Source of the DNA: Geosiphon pyriformis uo1
Lineage: Eukaryota > Fungi > Glomeromycota
Assembly: GCA_016748015.1 (NCBI GenBank)
Contig: JAAOMT010000219.1
Span: 351,617 to 415,616 of the forward strand
Direction of reading: 5' to 3'
DNA length: 64,000 bases
Under the pieces are notes generated by a model, which ran no database searches, was not told the DNA's origin, and saw only the letters and a program-made list of their open reading frames with translations. Positions 26,764 to 40,647 of the stretch are shown here, piece by piece (position 1 is the stretch's first letter; each line of letters opens with the position of its first letter). The position numbers were made by a program, and so were the translations under genes.

Positions 26764-28940
26764 TAACTAATTGAAATTTGGCATATTAATTAACAATTAG
26801 TTCTCAATTTTTAAATTCAAATATTTAATAATAGTATTTGTTAGTATTTTTACATAGTTTTTAATATTATTAAGAATTGAAATTCTTATATTTTTGTAAT
26901 TTTTGGCTGGTAAATATCAGTTGGTAATAATAATAGTCTTATTTTGGTATTTTTTAAGTTTTATCTCAAAAATTTGTAATTAATCTTTAATTTTCTATGG
27001 TATTTTTAATAAGTATTTATAATATAATAAAATAAAAACAATATAATTTATAGAATTAGTTTTTTTTTAATCTGTAATTTTTTCTGCTATATTGATTTTT
27101 TTTTTAATACAAATTCTTTAATTTTTTTAGCAGTTATTTCTAATTTTTTTTGTTTTTATTAATACTAGTTTAATTATTTTAACCAAAAACAAAAATATAA
27201 TCTGTGTTATTTTTTTTTAATTCTATTTTATAAGTTTTATTTAAATTATTTTATAATATAATAACAATATTTTTTATATATCTAATATTAATTCTTTTTT
27301 CTTTTATAGTAATCTCTTTTTTAGCTAAGTTAGACTTAAATACTAACTGAATTATAATAATTGTTGAAATTTTTAATTTTTTTTTAAACATAACTTAATT
27401 ATTAGATTATAGTTTTATTTTTTTTGCTACAATTATTTCAAGTTTAATAGTTACTGTTTATAATAATTTGACTATATTGTTAACTTTCTGTTTTAATTTA
27501 TTAATTTTAGTTTTTTATAACTGGTTTACTACTTTATTCTGTTTATTTTTTTTTGTAAATTTATGAACTAAAATTTTAAGATTTGTATTAATTTACATAG
27601 TTTTGGCTAATATGTGATTTAATTACAGCCATTTTAACATAAAAATTTTCTTCAAAGTCTTTAATAGATTTTTTAGGTATATTTTTTTGATATAAAGTTT
27701 GGTTAATTTTATGTTATTGATAATATTTATAGTGTATTTTTTTTTAAGTAGAATTGGATATTTGGTTATTAAATTTTTTATCCAATAGCAAAATAAGCTT
27801 GTAAATATTAGTATTATAGTTAGTTTTATTATTAAATCTAATATAAATACAGTTTATTTATATATAATTTCAGAATAATATTTAAATAGTAAACAATACA
27901 ATTTAATTAATTTAGTTTTCTAGGTTTTTTTTGTTTAATAATTTTCTAGATTTTTATTATTAGATAAATTTTTTTTTTTTTTTTTTTACGAGTGTAAATT
28001 TTAATTGTATTTTTTTTAACTATAATTAATTATTGGTTTATAGCTTTAAATGTTTTATTTTATATATTAAATTTTACTACTAATAAATTTGAATTTTTTT
28101 ATAATTGTATTTATCTCTTTGGCTAAAATATTCAATAAAATATTTTTTACTAAAATCTTCTTTTAATCAGATATTTAATTAAAAATACTATTAGTTATTA
28201 TCAAAAATAATTTATTATTATTATTAATTAAAATTTTTTTAGCTTGATTTTTTCCAGCAATCTAAAAAAATTCATCCAAATTTCTTGGTTTTTTATTATT
28301 ATTGCTTCCAAAAAGTGGCTAAAAAATTATAAATTTACTTTATTTTTTTTAATATGTTTAATATCTGTATAAAAAACACATATTTTTTGGTTTTATAAAC
28401 TATTGTTTTTCAACTTTTATTTTGGTTTGACTTTATTAGTACAGATTTTTTGTCAAGTAATTTACTTTTATATTAATTTAAATTAAGACTTGTAATTCTA
28501 TTGGAAAATCTTAATTTAGAATTTTTTATGTTTTTTATATAATATTTAAAATTTGTAAAATTATTATTTATAACAAATGAATTTTTCATATTTATTATAT
28601 TCAAAAGTTTAAAATTATACTTTCTTAAAACAGTCTTTATTTGTACAGTTTTGTTAAATATTTTTTAAATAACTTTAATTAATTAATTAATTTTTTAAGA
28701 ACTTTAAGATGTTTTTTTATTTATCTAAATTTTTATTTAAAATTTATTATTATTTTTTCTTCTATTAAGCATTGGTTACAAAATAAAATTACTGGTATGT
28801 TTTTTTTAATAATCTGATTGAATCTTGTAATTAAGTTTTTTATACTTATTTTCTAATATATCTGTATTTTTATTTTATTTTACTAGTTATAATTGGTAAA
28901 AAATTAACAAATTGTTTATGTAAAACTGTTTTTTTTATAT

Positions 28941-30430
28941 TATTACAAATTAGAATAACAAATTAATAAATAGCAAAAAAAAACAAAATTATATGATAAT
29001 AAAATTAATCAAAAAAAATTTAATTTTAAAGAATAAATTAAATTAATATAAATTTAATATGGAAAATTAAGCTTATAAATATTTTAGCTATTAATATTTT
29101 CAAAAGATAATGAAAAAATCTAAAAGTAAAGAAATAATTTATATTATTAACAAAAAATAATATATTAATATAATTTTATGTCTTATATTAAGTATTAATT
29201 ATGTTCTTTAGTAATATTTATTCAATAATATTTAAGACTAATAATTATATAAAAATACTAATAACTAATTTTTTATCTATAAATATTCAAATACTTGAAA
29301 AAATTATAAAAGAAAAATAAGTAATATAGAAGAATTAAATATTTAAAATTGATATTTTATTACTTAATATCTTGTATTTTTAATATTTTTTTAATATGTT
29401 TTTCTATAATTAAGAAACTTATTATTTATATAGCTATTCAAAATAGTTAATGATCAAATTAATAATTAAATCAATAATTAAATCAATAATTAAGTTAACA
29501 ATTAAATTAATAATTAGATTATTAATTACTATTTAAAAATAAAATGGCTAATTATGTAATATTAATAACTAATACATATTATAATTAATAAAAACTGTAA
29601 TTTTCAATTGTAATATTATTTTTTTTTAAAAAGATTTAACTCTAGCAAAATTAAATTATTTATAAAATATTTTAATTAAAAAGTTTTATTTAATTCAAAA
29701 TTAATTAATTTAGTAAATTTTTTTGCTAAAATATAAAAATTTTGGCTTTTTTAATAATATTTAAAACTCTTAAAACATTTAATTATATAATGCCACTTGT
29801 ATTTTTAAAGTTGTTTTTTTAAGAGCTTTATGTTTTCTATAATTTTATTAAATTAACTATAGATAAATTTTTGTTTATAAATAAGATTTTTTTAATTATT
29901 TTTTAAGTATATTGAAAAATAATAATATAGTTAATGCTATATATTTATACATATATTTATTTATTTTATTACCAGTTTTTTTTTAATAATAGTTTTTTTG
30001 GTTTAATAATAATATGTATTCTATTATTATTAGTTATAATAATTTGTTTTTTAATAGTTAAAATAGTATTTGGATAATTTTTAGTTTAATATTTATGAAA
30101 AATATAAAAAGCATTTTAAATGTTTTAATTCAAAAAATAATTGTTTATGTTAATTAAAGATACTTCTGTTTTGGAAATAATTTATTTATTTATAACTGAT
30201 TTTTATTAATAAGTTAAATTAATATTACTACAACAAATAATTAATCAGATTGTTTGTAATATTTTTAAGTTATGTATTATATATAAACTAATTATTAAAG
30301 ATTATTCTATATTAATCTTGTAAGATATAAAAATTATTGTTTAAAATTTTGTTGATTATAAAAAATAAAAATAAAAAACTTTTTTTTTTGACTATTATTA
30401 CATAATTTATTATATTTTAAATTTAAAAAT
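28941..30430 (-). mobile_element. Family A copy A6, 3' remnant (3' LTR 28941-29615, ORF3, integrase end), extremely AT-decayed
   Basis: Collinear with the reverse complement of 17600-19137 once C>T/G>A changes are allowed. Confidence 0.75.
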
Positions 30431-30786
30431 TTAAGTTTTTTGTAAAACATTTTTAATAATATTAATATTATTACAACAGACTTAAAAGTATTTAATAACA
30501 ATATTAACAGAAAAATAACAACAATATTAACAGAAAAGTAACAATAATTATATATAAAAATACAAATAAAGAGACTATTAATTCTAAAAAACAAGTGGAA
30601 AAAAATATTATTTTTACTTCAAGTAAAGAAAAAAATAATACAATTGTACTAAAATAATTAAAAATATATTAGTAAAGATTACAAGATTTATAATATTAGC
30701 ATTTAGGTTTAAATTTAGTAATAAAACAATTGAAAATATAAGCACAAATAGTGAAAATAATACATTTTTCAAAATTATTAACACAT

Positions 30787-31505
30787 TATTATAAGTTGAA
30801 ATAACAAGTTAACAAATAACAAAATAAAACAAAATTGTATAGTAATAAAAATAATCAAAAAAAAATTTAACTTTAAAGAATAAATTAAATTAGTATAGAT
30901 TTAATATGTAAGATCAGTTTTATAAATATCTCAATTATTTTTTTTTTAAAGATAACAAAAAAATTTGAAGATAGAAAAATAATCTGTATTATTAACAAAA
31001 AATAACACATTAATATAATTTTATGTCTTATGTTAGTAGTTTTAAAATTTAATATTAAATATTGATTGTATTTTTTAATAATATTTATTCAATAATTTTC
31101 AAAATTAACAATTACAGATAAATATCAACAAATAATTTTTTATCATAAAAATGTTTAAATACTTAAAAAAAATTAGAAAAAAAAATAAGTAAATTGAAAA
31201 AAATTAGATATTTAGAAATAATTTTTATTACTTTAATTTATATATGTTTTATATATAAAAACATATTTTTCTAAAACTAAAAAATATATTACTTATATAG
31301 CTATTCAAAATAGTTAACAATTAAATTAGTAATTAGATTAATAATTAGTTATTAATTAAATTAATGATTAAATTAACAGTTAGATCAATAATCAGATTAT
31401 TAATTAGATTATTGATTATTTTTTAAAAATAAGATGGTTAACTATATAATATTAATAACTAATACATGTAATAATTAATAAAAATTATAGTTTTTAACTA
31501 TAATA
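30787..31505 (-). repeat. Family A solo LTR, AT-decayed
   Basis: TATTATAAG...CTATAATA; flanks ACAT/ATAT (decayed 4-bp TSD). Confidence 0.78.
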
Positions 31506-31569
31506 ATATTAAAAAACACAATCTATAATAGTATTTTAAACTTATTTTAAACTGAATAATAAAAATTAT

Positions 31570-34500
31570 TTTTTTTAATTTGTATTAGTATTTATTTTAC
31601 AATTTTTTATAATATACTAATATTTTTTTTTTATAAAAACCATATAACAAAAAAGCCTTAAAAATAGCCACTTATAATTTGAAACTTGTACTTAGTATTA
31701 TATTAGTTAACAACTATAATTTTTTCAAAATTATTAAATTATTCAATTGAATTTTGTATATTGTTTTTTATTTTAAAGTAGTTTATATATCTTAAAAAAT
31801 AACCAAAATATTTGTTTATATTAAGTTAGCTATTGATTTTAGAATAGCTGTTTTATAGAAAACTCTAATTTATTTAAAAAAAATTAAGAATAAAAGCAAA
31901 TTAGTAGTTTTTTTCTTCTGTTTCAAAAAAATTTTCAATTAATTAATAAACAACTATTTAAATATAAATTTAATAATTCAAATATTCGAAATTAAAAGAC
32001 AATTATTCAAAAGTTATAAAATATAAAAGCTAATTAATGTTGTTGTTTCTTTTTTTTAAAAAATTCTCAAAATAAGCTTGATTAAAAAATAAGTAATAAA
32101 AAAAGTATAAATTTTAACTAAATTTTTGTTTAAAACCTAATTTCAAAAGTCTTAAAATTGTTTATTAAATTGGTTTTTAATAGAGAAAAAAATTAAGCAA
32201 AAAGACAAAAGATTGAATTTAATAAAATTTAAATTATTTTTGTTGTGTACTTTAAAGTGTTTTTCTAATTGTTATAATTTTTTTTATTTTTATTTTAACA
32301 AGTACAGCTCAACTGTTATTTAATGTACAAAACCAAAATTAAGAGTTTCAACTAAATTTAGCTTACATTTTTTTCACATGTAACCAGCTACTTAGGTCAA
32401 TTAAAACAATATTACACTTTTATATAAACAAATACTTTGTTACTTAAATCTAAAAAAAACAAACAAAACTTACAAAAACCAAAACTAATATTAAATAATT
32501 TCTTAATACCAAGCAATTTAATTATCTTATCTGACAAACCAAAAACAAATACATGAGACTTATTAAGTACCAATTTATTGTTACTGACCAAACTACTTCT
32601 TTTTATGTCTATCTTATACTTAGATTTAAAATTCTATAACTTAAAACAATAATACTTAACCAATTTGTACACAAAATTAACCAATAATCAACCAGTTTTT
32701 TTTTTTATTATCAAACACTGATACAAACTTAGCAAACTACATTTTTAGCATAAAACTCTTATAAAAAATTGCATATAACCCAATATCTAAAAAACAAGAA
32801 AAAAAATCTTAAAACTATAAAAAATATTAAAGTATAAAAATCTACCAGAAATTTTCAAAGTTTAATGTGATCAAACACAATTTTTTGTAAGAATTCATCT
32901 CTTTTGAACATATAAATATATGATTAAAAAACTCAATTTTTTCACAAAAGAAATATAAAACACCAAAGTATTTTTAATTATAAAGTTTTTTTCTAATAGC
33001 AATCAGCAATTTTTTATAAACTGTTTTCATAAAATATATGTACAGATCTGTTAAAAATTTGTTAATAAAACCCAAAAAATAAAAAAATTAAAATGCTATA
33101 CTTCAACAATCTAAGACTAATTAATATTTTAAACAAATAAATTATTAATAATACTTAAATCAAGACTGGTTTTCTAATAATACAATTTATAATTTTGTAT
33201 ATATTACAAACAAAATACTAAGCATTATCAAATATTGCCAAACCACTGGCCACCAAAAATTGTTTGTGAATATTATTAAACAGAAACAAAAAAATGCATG
33301 GTCTTATCTATTAAAACATTTATATAAATATTACTAGAAATTTTCAAGTGTTTTTTAACTTTTAATCACATTATTAAAAAATTTTTATCACTAATCAAGT
33401 TTACAATATGTCTTTTCTTAATTTAATACTGGTTGTAAAAGTTAAATATTAGTAATTCCAACTCTGAAACACAAATATCTATAACAGTTTAATTATTTAA
33501 ATATACAATTATAATATAAAAAAAAATCACATATTTCAAAGACAAAACAACAGCTTATAATTTAGTTAATATTAAAGACAACAATTCATAAACTCAGATT
33601 TCAATTCTTATATTCATATTAAAAAAATACACAACAGTCTTATTTATAACTTTCAAAAAACTTAATTTTTTTAGAAAACTATTTATATATACTCTAATTG
33701 AATCAAATTAAACTTTATATAAACATTTTTGCAAAGTCAAAAATTTATTTAATATTAAAACATTGCTGTTTAACAAAGCAGAAACCAAGCTAAAAAAGAC
33801 TAATCCAAGACCATTATTAAGCAGAAATTTTATTGTTAACCTATATTAAAAAAGTACAAATCTTCTTGAATCTAGTTTTTTTTATCAATAAAATATTATT
33901 TAATCTATTATTTTGTTTTGTTTATTTAAAAATCTATTAACAAAAACCATTTCAAATCTTTTTAAAAAATTAACTTTATTAAAATACAAAAAATTGTCTA
34001 ATATTTTTAATATTAGAAGTCTGTCAAAACTACAAAATACAATAAGTAATTTATTTGCCAAAAAAATACTATTAAGCAAAAAAATTTGCACTATTTTAGC
34101 CAAAAAGTTATTAAATAAATTAATCTACAGCTTAATCAAATATTGTAAAGAATTCAATTTGTGATCAAAAAGTTTATTAAGAATACTAATAGTATTTAAA
34201 AAAACTATTATTAAAATAATTTTAAATTCGGTTTGAACTTGTTTAAATGTTTTCAAGTCATATAACAAAAAATAATACAAAGTTTTATTAGAAAAATTCC
34301 AAGATAATTAGTTGTTATAATAGATATAAATAATTATTCATATAATAAAAAATAAAAAAAATTTTAACAATTTTACAGAAAACACTATTTTATATTATAA
34401 ATTAAAATAACAAATTAACAAATAGCAAAATAAAACAGAATTACATGATAATAAAATTAATTAAAGAGAAATTTAACTTTAAAGAACAATTTAAATTAAT

Positions 34501-34965
34501 ATAAATTCAATATATAAGATTAGTTTTATAAACATCTTAGTTGCTATTCTTTTTAAAAAGTAATAAAAAAATTTAAATAATCCATTTTGTTAATAAAAAA
34601 TAATACACTAATATAATTCTATGTTTTATGTTATTGTTTTTAAAATTTAAAATTAAATATTAATTAATATTTTCAATAATATTTATTTAATAATTTTTAA
34701 AACTAACAGTTAAGTATAAATATTAAGAAGTAATTTTTTATTTACAGATATTTAAATACTTAAAAAAAATTAGAAAAAAGAAATAAAAAAATTAGAAAAA
34801 ATTAAATATTTTTAAAATAATTTTTATTAATATTATTTATATATATAAAATATGCTTTTCTATAACTAAGAAATTTATTACTTATATAGCTATTTAAAAT
34901 AATCAATAATCAAATTAACAATTAAGTCAATAATTAAATTATTAATTAAGTAAATAATTAAATAA
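31570..34965 (-). mobile_element. Family A copy A7, 5' part (gag N-terminus, PBS, 5' LTR from 34393); LTR continues at 51421-51486 and 52480-52527
   Basis: Aligns with 21480-22850; split by LINE-2, LINE-1 and solo LTR E. Confidence 0.72.
32278..34308 (-). mobile_element. LINE-2: 5'-truncated, heavily decayed non-LTR retrotransposon
   Basis: Poly(T) start; shared 3' tail motif CACATGTAACCAGCTACTT; ~12-bp TSD TAATTGTTATAA (32266-77) / TAGTTGTTATAA (34309-20). Confidence 0.75.
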
Positions 34966-35086
34966 TTTTTTTTATTAGAAATTTATGAGTGCAGTCCAAA
35001 CACTATTTAAATACATAAAATCAAACAAGATTCTAAATTAAATGTGGCTTATGTTTTTTCTACACATAACTGGACACTTGGCTTGG

Positions 35087-38000
35087 TCAAGACAGTACTA
35101 TGTACTTATAAGATCTATTAAAGGAATACTGTCCAAGAAACTGAAGCCCAAACCAATGACACAAACCAAAACACATATAAATGCCCAACCTAATATTAAA
35201 GCTGTAACTGACTTCAACAGTCCAAACGTCTGACAAACTAGCAACCAATAGCACAGTAGATTTATTATATGGTAAGAGATTGTGTTTCTTATAGAAGGTC
35301 TTCAACTTAGTAACAGGCAACAAAATATTAAACCTATGACTTTCAGCAAGACTGTGAACCAACTTGACAATTAAACTGCCACCAAAATCAGAGCCAAGGC
35401 ACAGAATAGCATCAACTATCCAGCTTTTTAGCACAAATCTCTTGGCCAATAATATGTACAAATTACCAGATAATTCAGTCTTATGCAGTGATTGTACAAT
35501 CTTACTTCCCACAGCAGAATCACCAGCCAGCTCATACCACTCTGTACTAATAGATACTAACAAATCTTTTCTGGTATTGTTATTATGTGTACATAAAAAC
35601 AAATAATCAGAGTCCTCAGCCATTCCATACCTAATGCAAGCCATGCTAAAATATTTAGGATTATACAATCTCTTCTTTATAGCAACTAGCAGATGACAAT
35701 ACAAAGTCTTCATAAGGTAGGACTGCAAAGAGACTAAAGATGAACTGGTAAAACTGGAGTGAATTTTATCATTAGAATGCCAAATACCAAAAAACTTGAC
35801 TGCATCAATCTTGCTAGCAACACCAACATCTATAATGCCAGCACTACACTTGGATTCCCAACTGACAAAATTGATAGTGTTAAACAAACTTCTAGTAAAA
35901 TGGTATGCATTACCAAAGACAGATCTGTTCTCAACTCTAAAGAAGCAATATGATATACTTAAGGGCAGTGTAGACTTAGAAAAAACTGCTGCATTAGCAA
36001 AAAAATCTGCCTGCTCATTCTCAATAATGTTTGAATGTTTTTTGACCTTTTTTTATGTGACTAACAATTTCTTCTTTGAAATAATTTGACAAATATGCTC
36101 TTTTTCTATTCAGCATTTATAGCAAAAATCAGAACCAGACATATCCTCATCAAATTTACATATATTTAGTAATGTCTAATTGTCAGTAAACAAAGTGATT
36201 ATGCTAGAAATAAGTACACATTTCAATGCTAAAATGATGGCTTGCAGCTTCATCAGTATAGAAGATAGTAAACCAAGAACTTTCATGTCAACACTTACAT
36301 CAGCATTCAGAAAATAAGCTGCAGTGCCACCACAGACACTAATTAACTCCAAACTTCTAACAGAACCATCAGTGTAAACATCAATGGAGCCATGCTTGAA
36401 GGCAAGCAAATGCTTAGAAACAAAACCAATATCACAAAAGATTTTAGTAGAAGCCAAACAAGACACCACAGCCATGCCATTGTCTTAAACACTACTTCTA
36501 ACAAAATCAGTAATGGAGACAAACCAAGTAGAAATTGGATCTTTAAAGTCAAGCTTCTTCTATCTGCAAAAAGTGTTCCAAATGAAGCACATGTTATAAT
36601 AGTCTAAAAGTTGGTTAGCAAAAATAAGGCCATATTTACTAAAAGAAATTCTTACACCCAGATAACCATCTAGGCCCAATACATCCAAAATTAATACATC
36701 AGTCCCAGTCTGAAAAACATCAAAAAAAGCACCACCTAAGGAAGTATTGCACAAAATGAGAACACTTGTAGCACTAGCTAAAAAACAATTCAAAAAATTA
36801 ATGAGTAATGTGACCAGAAAACAGAGAGGGTGTCAAGACATCCAGCTGGCTGCCTGTAAGTCTATTGCTTTGTGGTCAAAAAACCTGTTGAGAGTTCAAT
36901 CAGCATTACTAAAATTGACCAAATTGACTATCAAATTTTTAGTAAATACTTGCTCAAAAGGCTTTATGCCATATAACTCAAGATAATGTAGCACTACACT
37001 AGAAAAGTTCCTAGGCAGATTAATCTTGAACTTAAGTCCCTTTCTCAATGATTTGTTTCATTTATTACAAATATTCTTAAAGACAAAGCTAAATTAAAGT
37101 CTATAACAAACAATAGGCTGCAAAACAGCAGAAACCAAATACAAAAGCTGCTTCTTAGTGATGGCCTTCCTTAAAACCATATTTGAAAAAAATTTGACAT
37201 CAATATGAACTTTGGCTAAACTTGGCTTGAACAAATCTTCAGTTAACAAAAAAATTTCCAAATAATGATGAGATTTGTCTCTCTTAGTCACAGAAATTTT
37301 CGACCTGCTAATGAACAGTTCAATTTTCCAGACACCTTAGTTGATAGGGATAGCAACAGTTTTCTTAGTATTTATTGAAATATCATTTATAAAAAAAAAT
37401 TCACTGGCTATATTTAAGATGTTTTGTATTACTATTAAACAGTTTTTAATCCAAATTGTATTGTCAACAAAGACACCTGCAGCAAAAAACAAAGTCCTGT
37501 TATTGTTTGGGTCAGGTCTGCCAAACTTAGTATAAAACTTCAAACACATCTTGTAGCCATACAATTGTTCATGTTTCTTGACCTCACAAAGCAATAGATC
37601 ATAGAAAATTTGCCATAGTAATGGTAAAAACACTTCCTTTTAATCTAAATCATCATGCACAACATAACCATCAGACAAACCAAAATCTATTATTACTTAA
37701 TTGAACCTGTTATTGTGTATATTTCTAATAAAGTTTATAAAATGGAAATGCATTTTGATCCTGGTTAAATTATTGAGCAAATAAGACTACTCTACAGAAT
37801 CATAAGTCTTGTGCATATCCTGGAAAACCAATTATAACTCCCTGTTTTTTTCTAAAGTGTTTTTGATAATTGAGCCAACAGCAAAAATAGAAAATTGTGT
37901 AGAAGTGCCCTTTAACACTGAAAAATTGTTATCACACAAAACTTCAAATCTGCTGCAAGCCAGAGAAATTCTGTCTGAAAGAATCTTAGACAAGATTTTT

Positions 38001-40074
38001 TAAGCAGTTTCAATCATCACAATTGGCCTAGTATTGGTAAAAATACCCTCCTAATTGTATGGTTTAAGAATCATGGAAACCCAAGATCTCCTCTAATGCA
38101 CAAAAACTGCTTCAGATTTTAAACAACTGTTGAAAATACACAAAAAACCATTGAGAACAAGAGAACTACCATGTTTTTAAAGTTTATTGAAGATGCCAGA
38201 AAGCCCAGCAGTCTTCCCATCTAACAAGTTTTTAACAATCTGGAGAAGTTCATCCATACTAACATTGTACATAACCCCTAAAAAAGTATTATTATTAATA
38301 TAACTTAAGGAAGCATATTAATCAAACCAATAACCTGATAGAACATTAGAAACCAAATGCTTTTTTATCCAACTTTTTATGATTGTATCAATCAAAAACT
38401 TAACAGTCTGAGGCTCCAAGATAAGCTCATCATTAATGATTAAATAATCAAGAACCACCTTCCTAAAAGGTCAATCCAAAATGCTTTTAATCATCCTACT
38501 CTTATCCAAACAAAAATTTTCCATGTATCTTTCTACAGCCTTCCTAATAGAACTATCTCTGGTAACTTTAAACTCATAATATTTGGACTTGCAGTAATTT
38601 TTCTTGACACCTGAGATGTGATGTAAAATATTTTCAACCTTAGCACTTCTATTGATTATTAAATGAATTTTAGATGCATTTTTTTCATCTATGTCTACTT
38701 AAGTACCAACAAAGTAATCAGTTTCCAAACTTAGACCTGAATTTATACTATTAACAATCTTAGGCATCAAAAGCTCTAACCTATGAAATTTAGAAAAAAA
38801 CTTGTTTTTTATACAATCAACCTCACTGAACCAGATTTTAGAAAAAATTTCATTAGTGAAATTAACTATTACCTCTTTGAGAATATCCTACATAGTGTTT
38901 AAATCACCACTATGTTTTGTATCATGAAATACCTCTGACTCCTTTAAAAATTTGTCTGAAAAATACTTTATAAAACATTTCCACTTATCAACACTCACAT
39001 CTTTTAATTTAAACTTCCAATAATTCTTATTAGCTGTTTGCATATGTTCTCTAATTAAACATTCAAAAGACCATCCAAGCCAACTAAAACTAAGACAGCT
39101 TTGTGATCCATATCAAAAAACTCAGACACAAATTCAACCTTGTGATTGGCTACAATTGAGATTAGGCTTTCATTAACAAAAACATGATCAATAACTTTTT
39201 CAATACTTTTAGAGTTGCTCTACATAGAAACACCAGCCAAAGGGTGTCCACCAAAAGAATTGACCAAACTCAGGCCTGAACAGAATCCAAAACTTGTATT
39301 CTTCTTAGATTCACTCTTATTAAAATCACTGCTTAAAATGACAAAACTACTAGAGTTGACCACCCAAGCTATGAAGAAATTAATTCCTAAAGTCTGGTCA
39401 AATCTGTCATCAAAAGAAGTGCTAGCATACAAACTGATAATCAAAACTAAAACCTTGCCTTTGAAAAGAAGACACACTGAAATAACATAACCAAAAACCT
39501 TTTCCACCTTAAAAACATGTTAAGCAAGTAAATTGTCTATAATTATTGCTATTCCAGTCCCAAAAAAGCCAATGTCCAGCCCAAATGTGAAAACACACAC
39601 ATAATCGAATTTGTTCATAATTTATGGCCTAATACTAGACTTTAACTTTGTTTTTGTAACTATAAATATCATTTTCTCCAATTTTTTGTGTCAATAAACA
39701 ATGTTATTCTGCTTAGCAATATTACAGATAATTATTTGGGGTTTCAAAGCAAATAACAAACCCATAATTTGATGCTTAATTGATATAATGATATTGGTTT
39801 CTGAAGGTTTTCATGATTTGAAGGTATTGGTTGAGTTCTTTGTATAATAGACAGAGATCTACTATGGTTGGTTTTGGTTGATCTTTTAAGTCATTTTCCT
39901 AATTTCTGTCTTCAGCATAGTGGCTGGTTTAATCTGGCAATTGTGCTCTTCTGGTAAGCTATCTGTTAATATATATAATTCTACTCTTATTTTTGGATCT
40001 TTTACCAGGCTATCTGTAATGTCAATAACTCAGTGCTTTAATCCTTTAATTAATTAGTATATAACAACCAAAAG

Positions 40075-40119
<45 letters not shown>

Positions 40120-40647
40120 AGTTAAGTTAAGGCAATTAAGTTAGTATCTCATCAATAACCATGATTAAGAGCTATTGTTCCAGTATAATTAAGTATCAAT
40201 TACTATTAACATGAAGTGTTGATAGTAGAAAATAGATTAAGATAGTGAATAATTATTTATTAATATTTGGGAATAGAAAGATTGTTTAAATCAAATTTAA
40301 ACTGAGAGATTTGTCTTTTCTACTTCTAATATTACCACTATATATACATAATTGAGATTTCTCAATTCCTCAATTCTTCACACCAGGAATCCTAGAATTC
40401 TTGAAATTCTGCAATTCCTTTGAGAAAAATCCTGGAATTCTGAAATTCTGCAATTTTTTGTATAAGAATCCTGAAATTCCTAGAATCCTGCAATTCTTCT
40501 AAAAGGAATCCTAAAATTTCATATTTTACTATGTTTATCTTTGATTAGCTAATTTATGTGCTAATATATTTTCTATATTTTATGAGTAACAGCAGAGACA
40601 TTAAGACTCCAAATGTTACATGTAGCAAATTTCTACACTAGTTCTAT
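35087..40647 (-). pseudogene. LINE-1 ORF2 (EN-RT-RNase H-CCHC), split by solo LTR B
   Basis: KFATCNI..LN EN start; SSDFN; GVFVDN RT; VYTDGS RNase H. Confidence 0.88.
39720..40591 (-). repeat. Family B solo LTR
   Basis: Matches 3036-3888; TSD GCAA/GCAG; removing it restores LINE EN peptide SLNVSAKQ. Confidence 0.9.

Larger units (their letters stand above)
22919..28936 (-). mobile_element. Highly decayed family-B-like Gypsy interior (integrase, RNase H, RT, PR/gag remnants), interrupted by a Tc1-like element
   Basis: Reverse of 22919-23300 aligns with 1700-2080; RT remnant ORF 24502-24750. Right boundary approximate. Confidence 0.7.

Noticed and set aside
26766-34965. AT-rich stretch as organellar DNA or host genes (short ORFs 30334-30594, 33913-34164)
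   Set aside because: Largely collinear with decayed Gypsy and LINE copies; the ORFs are low-complexity artefacts.
40075-40117. 43-nt poly(A) as the tail of a retroposed insert
   Set aside because: It corresponds to the T-rich tract of LTR B (~3493-3550) read on the opposite strand; no TSD or body.
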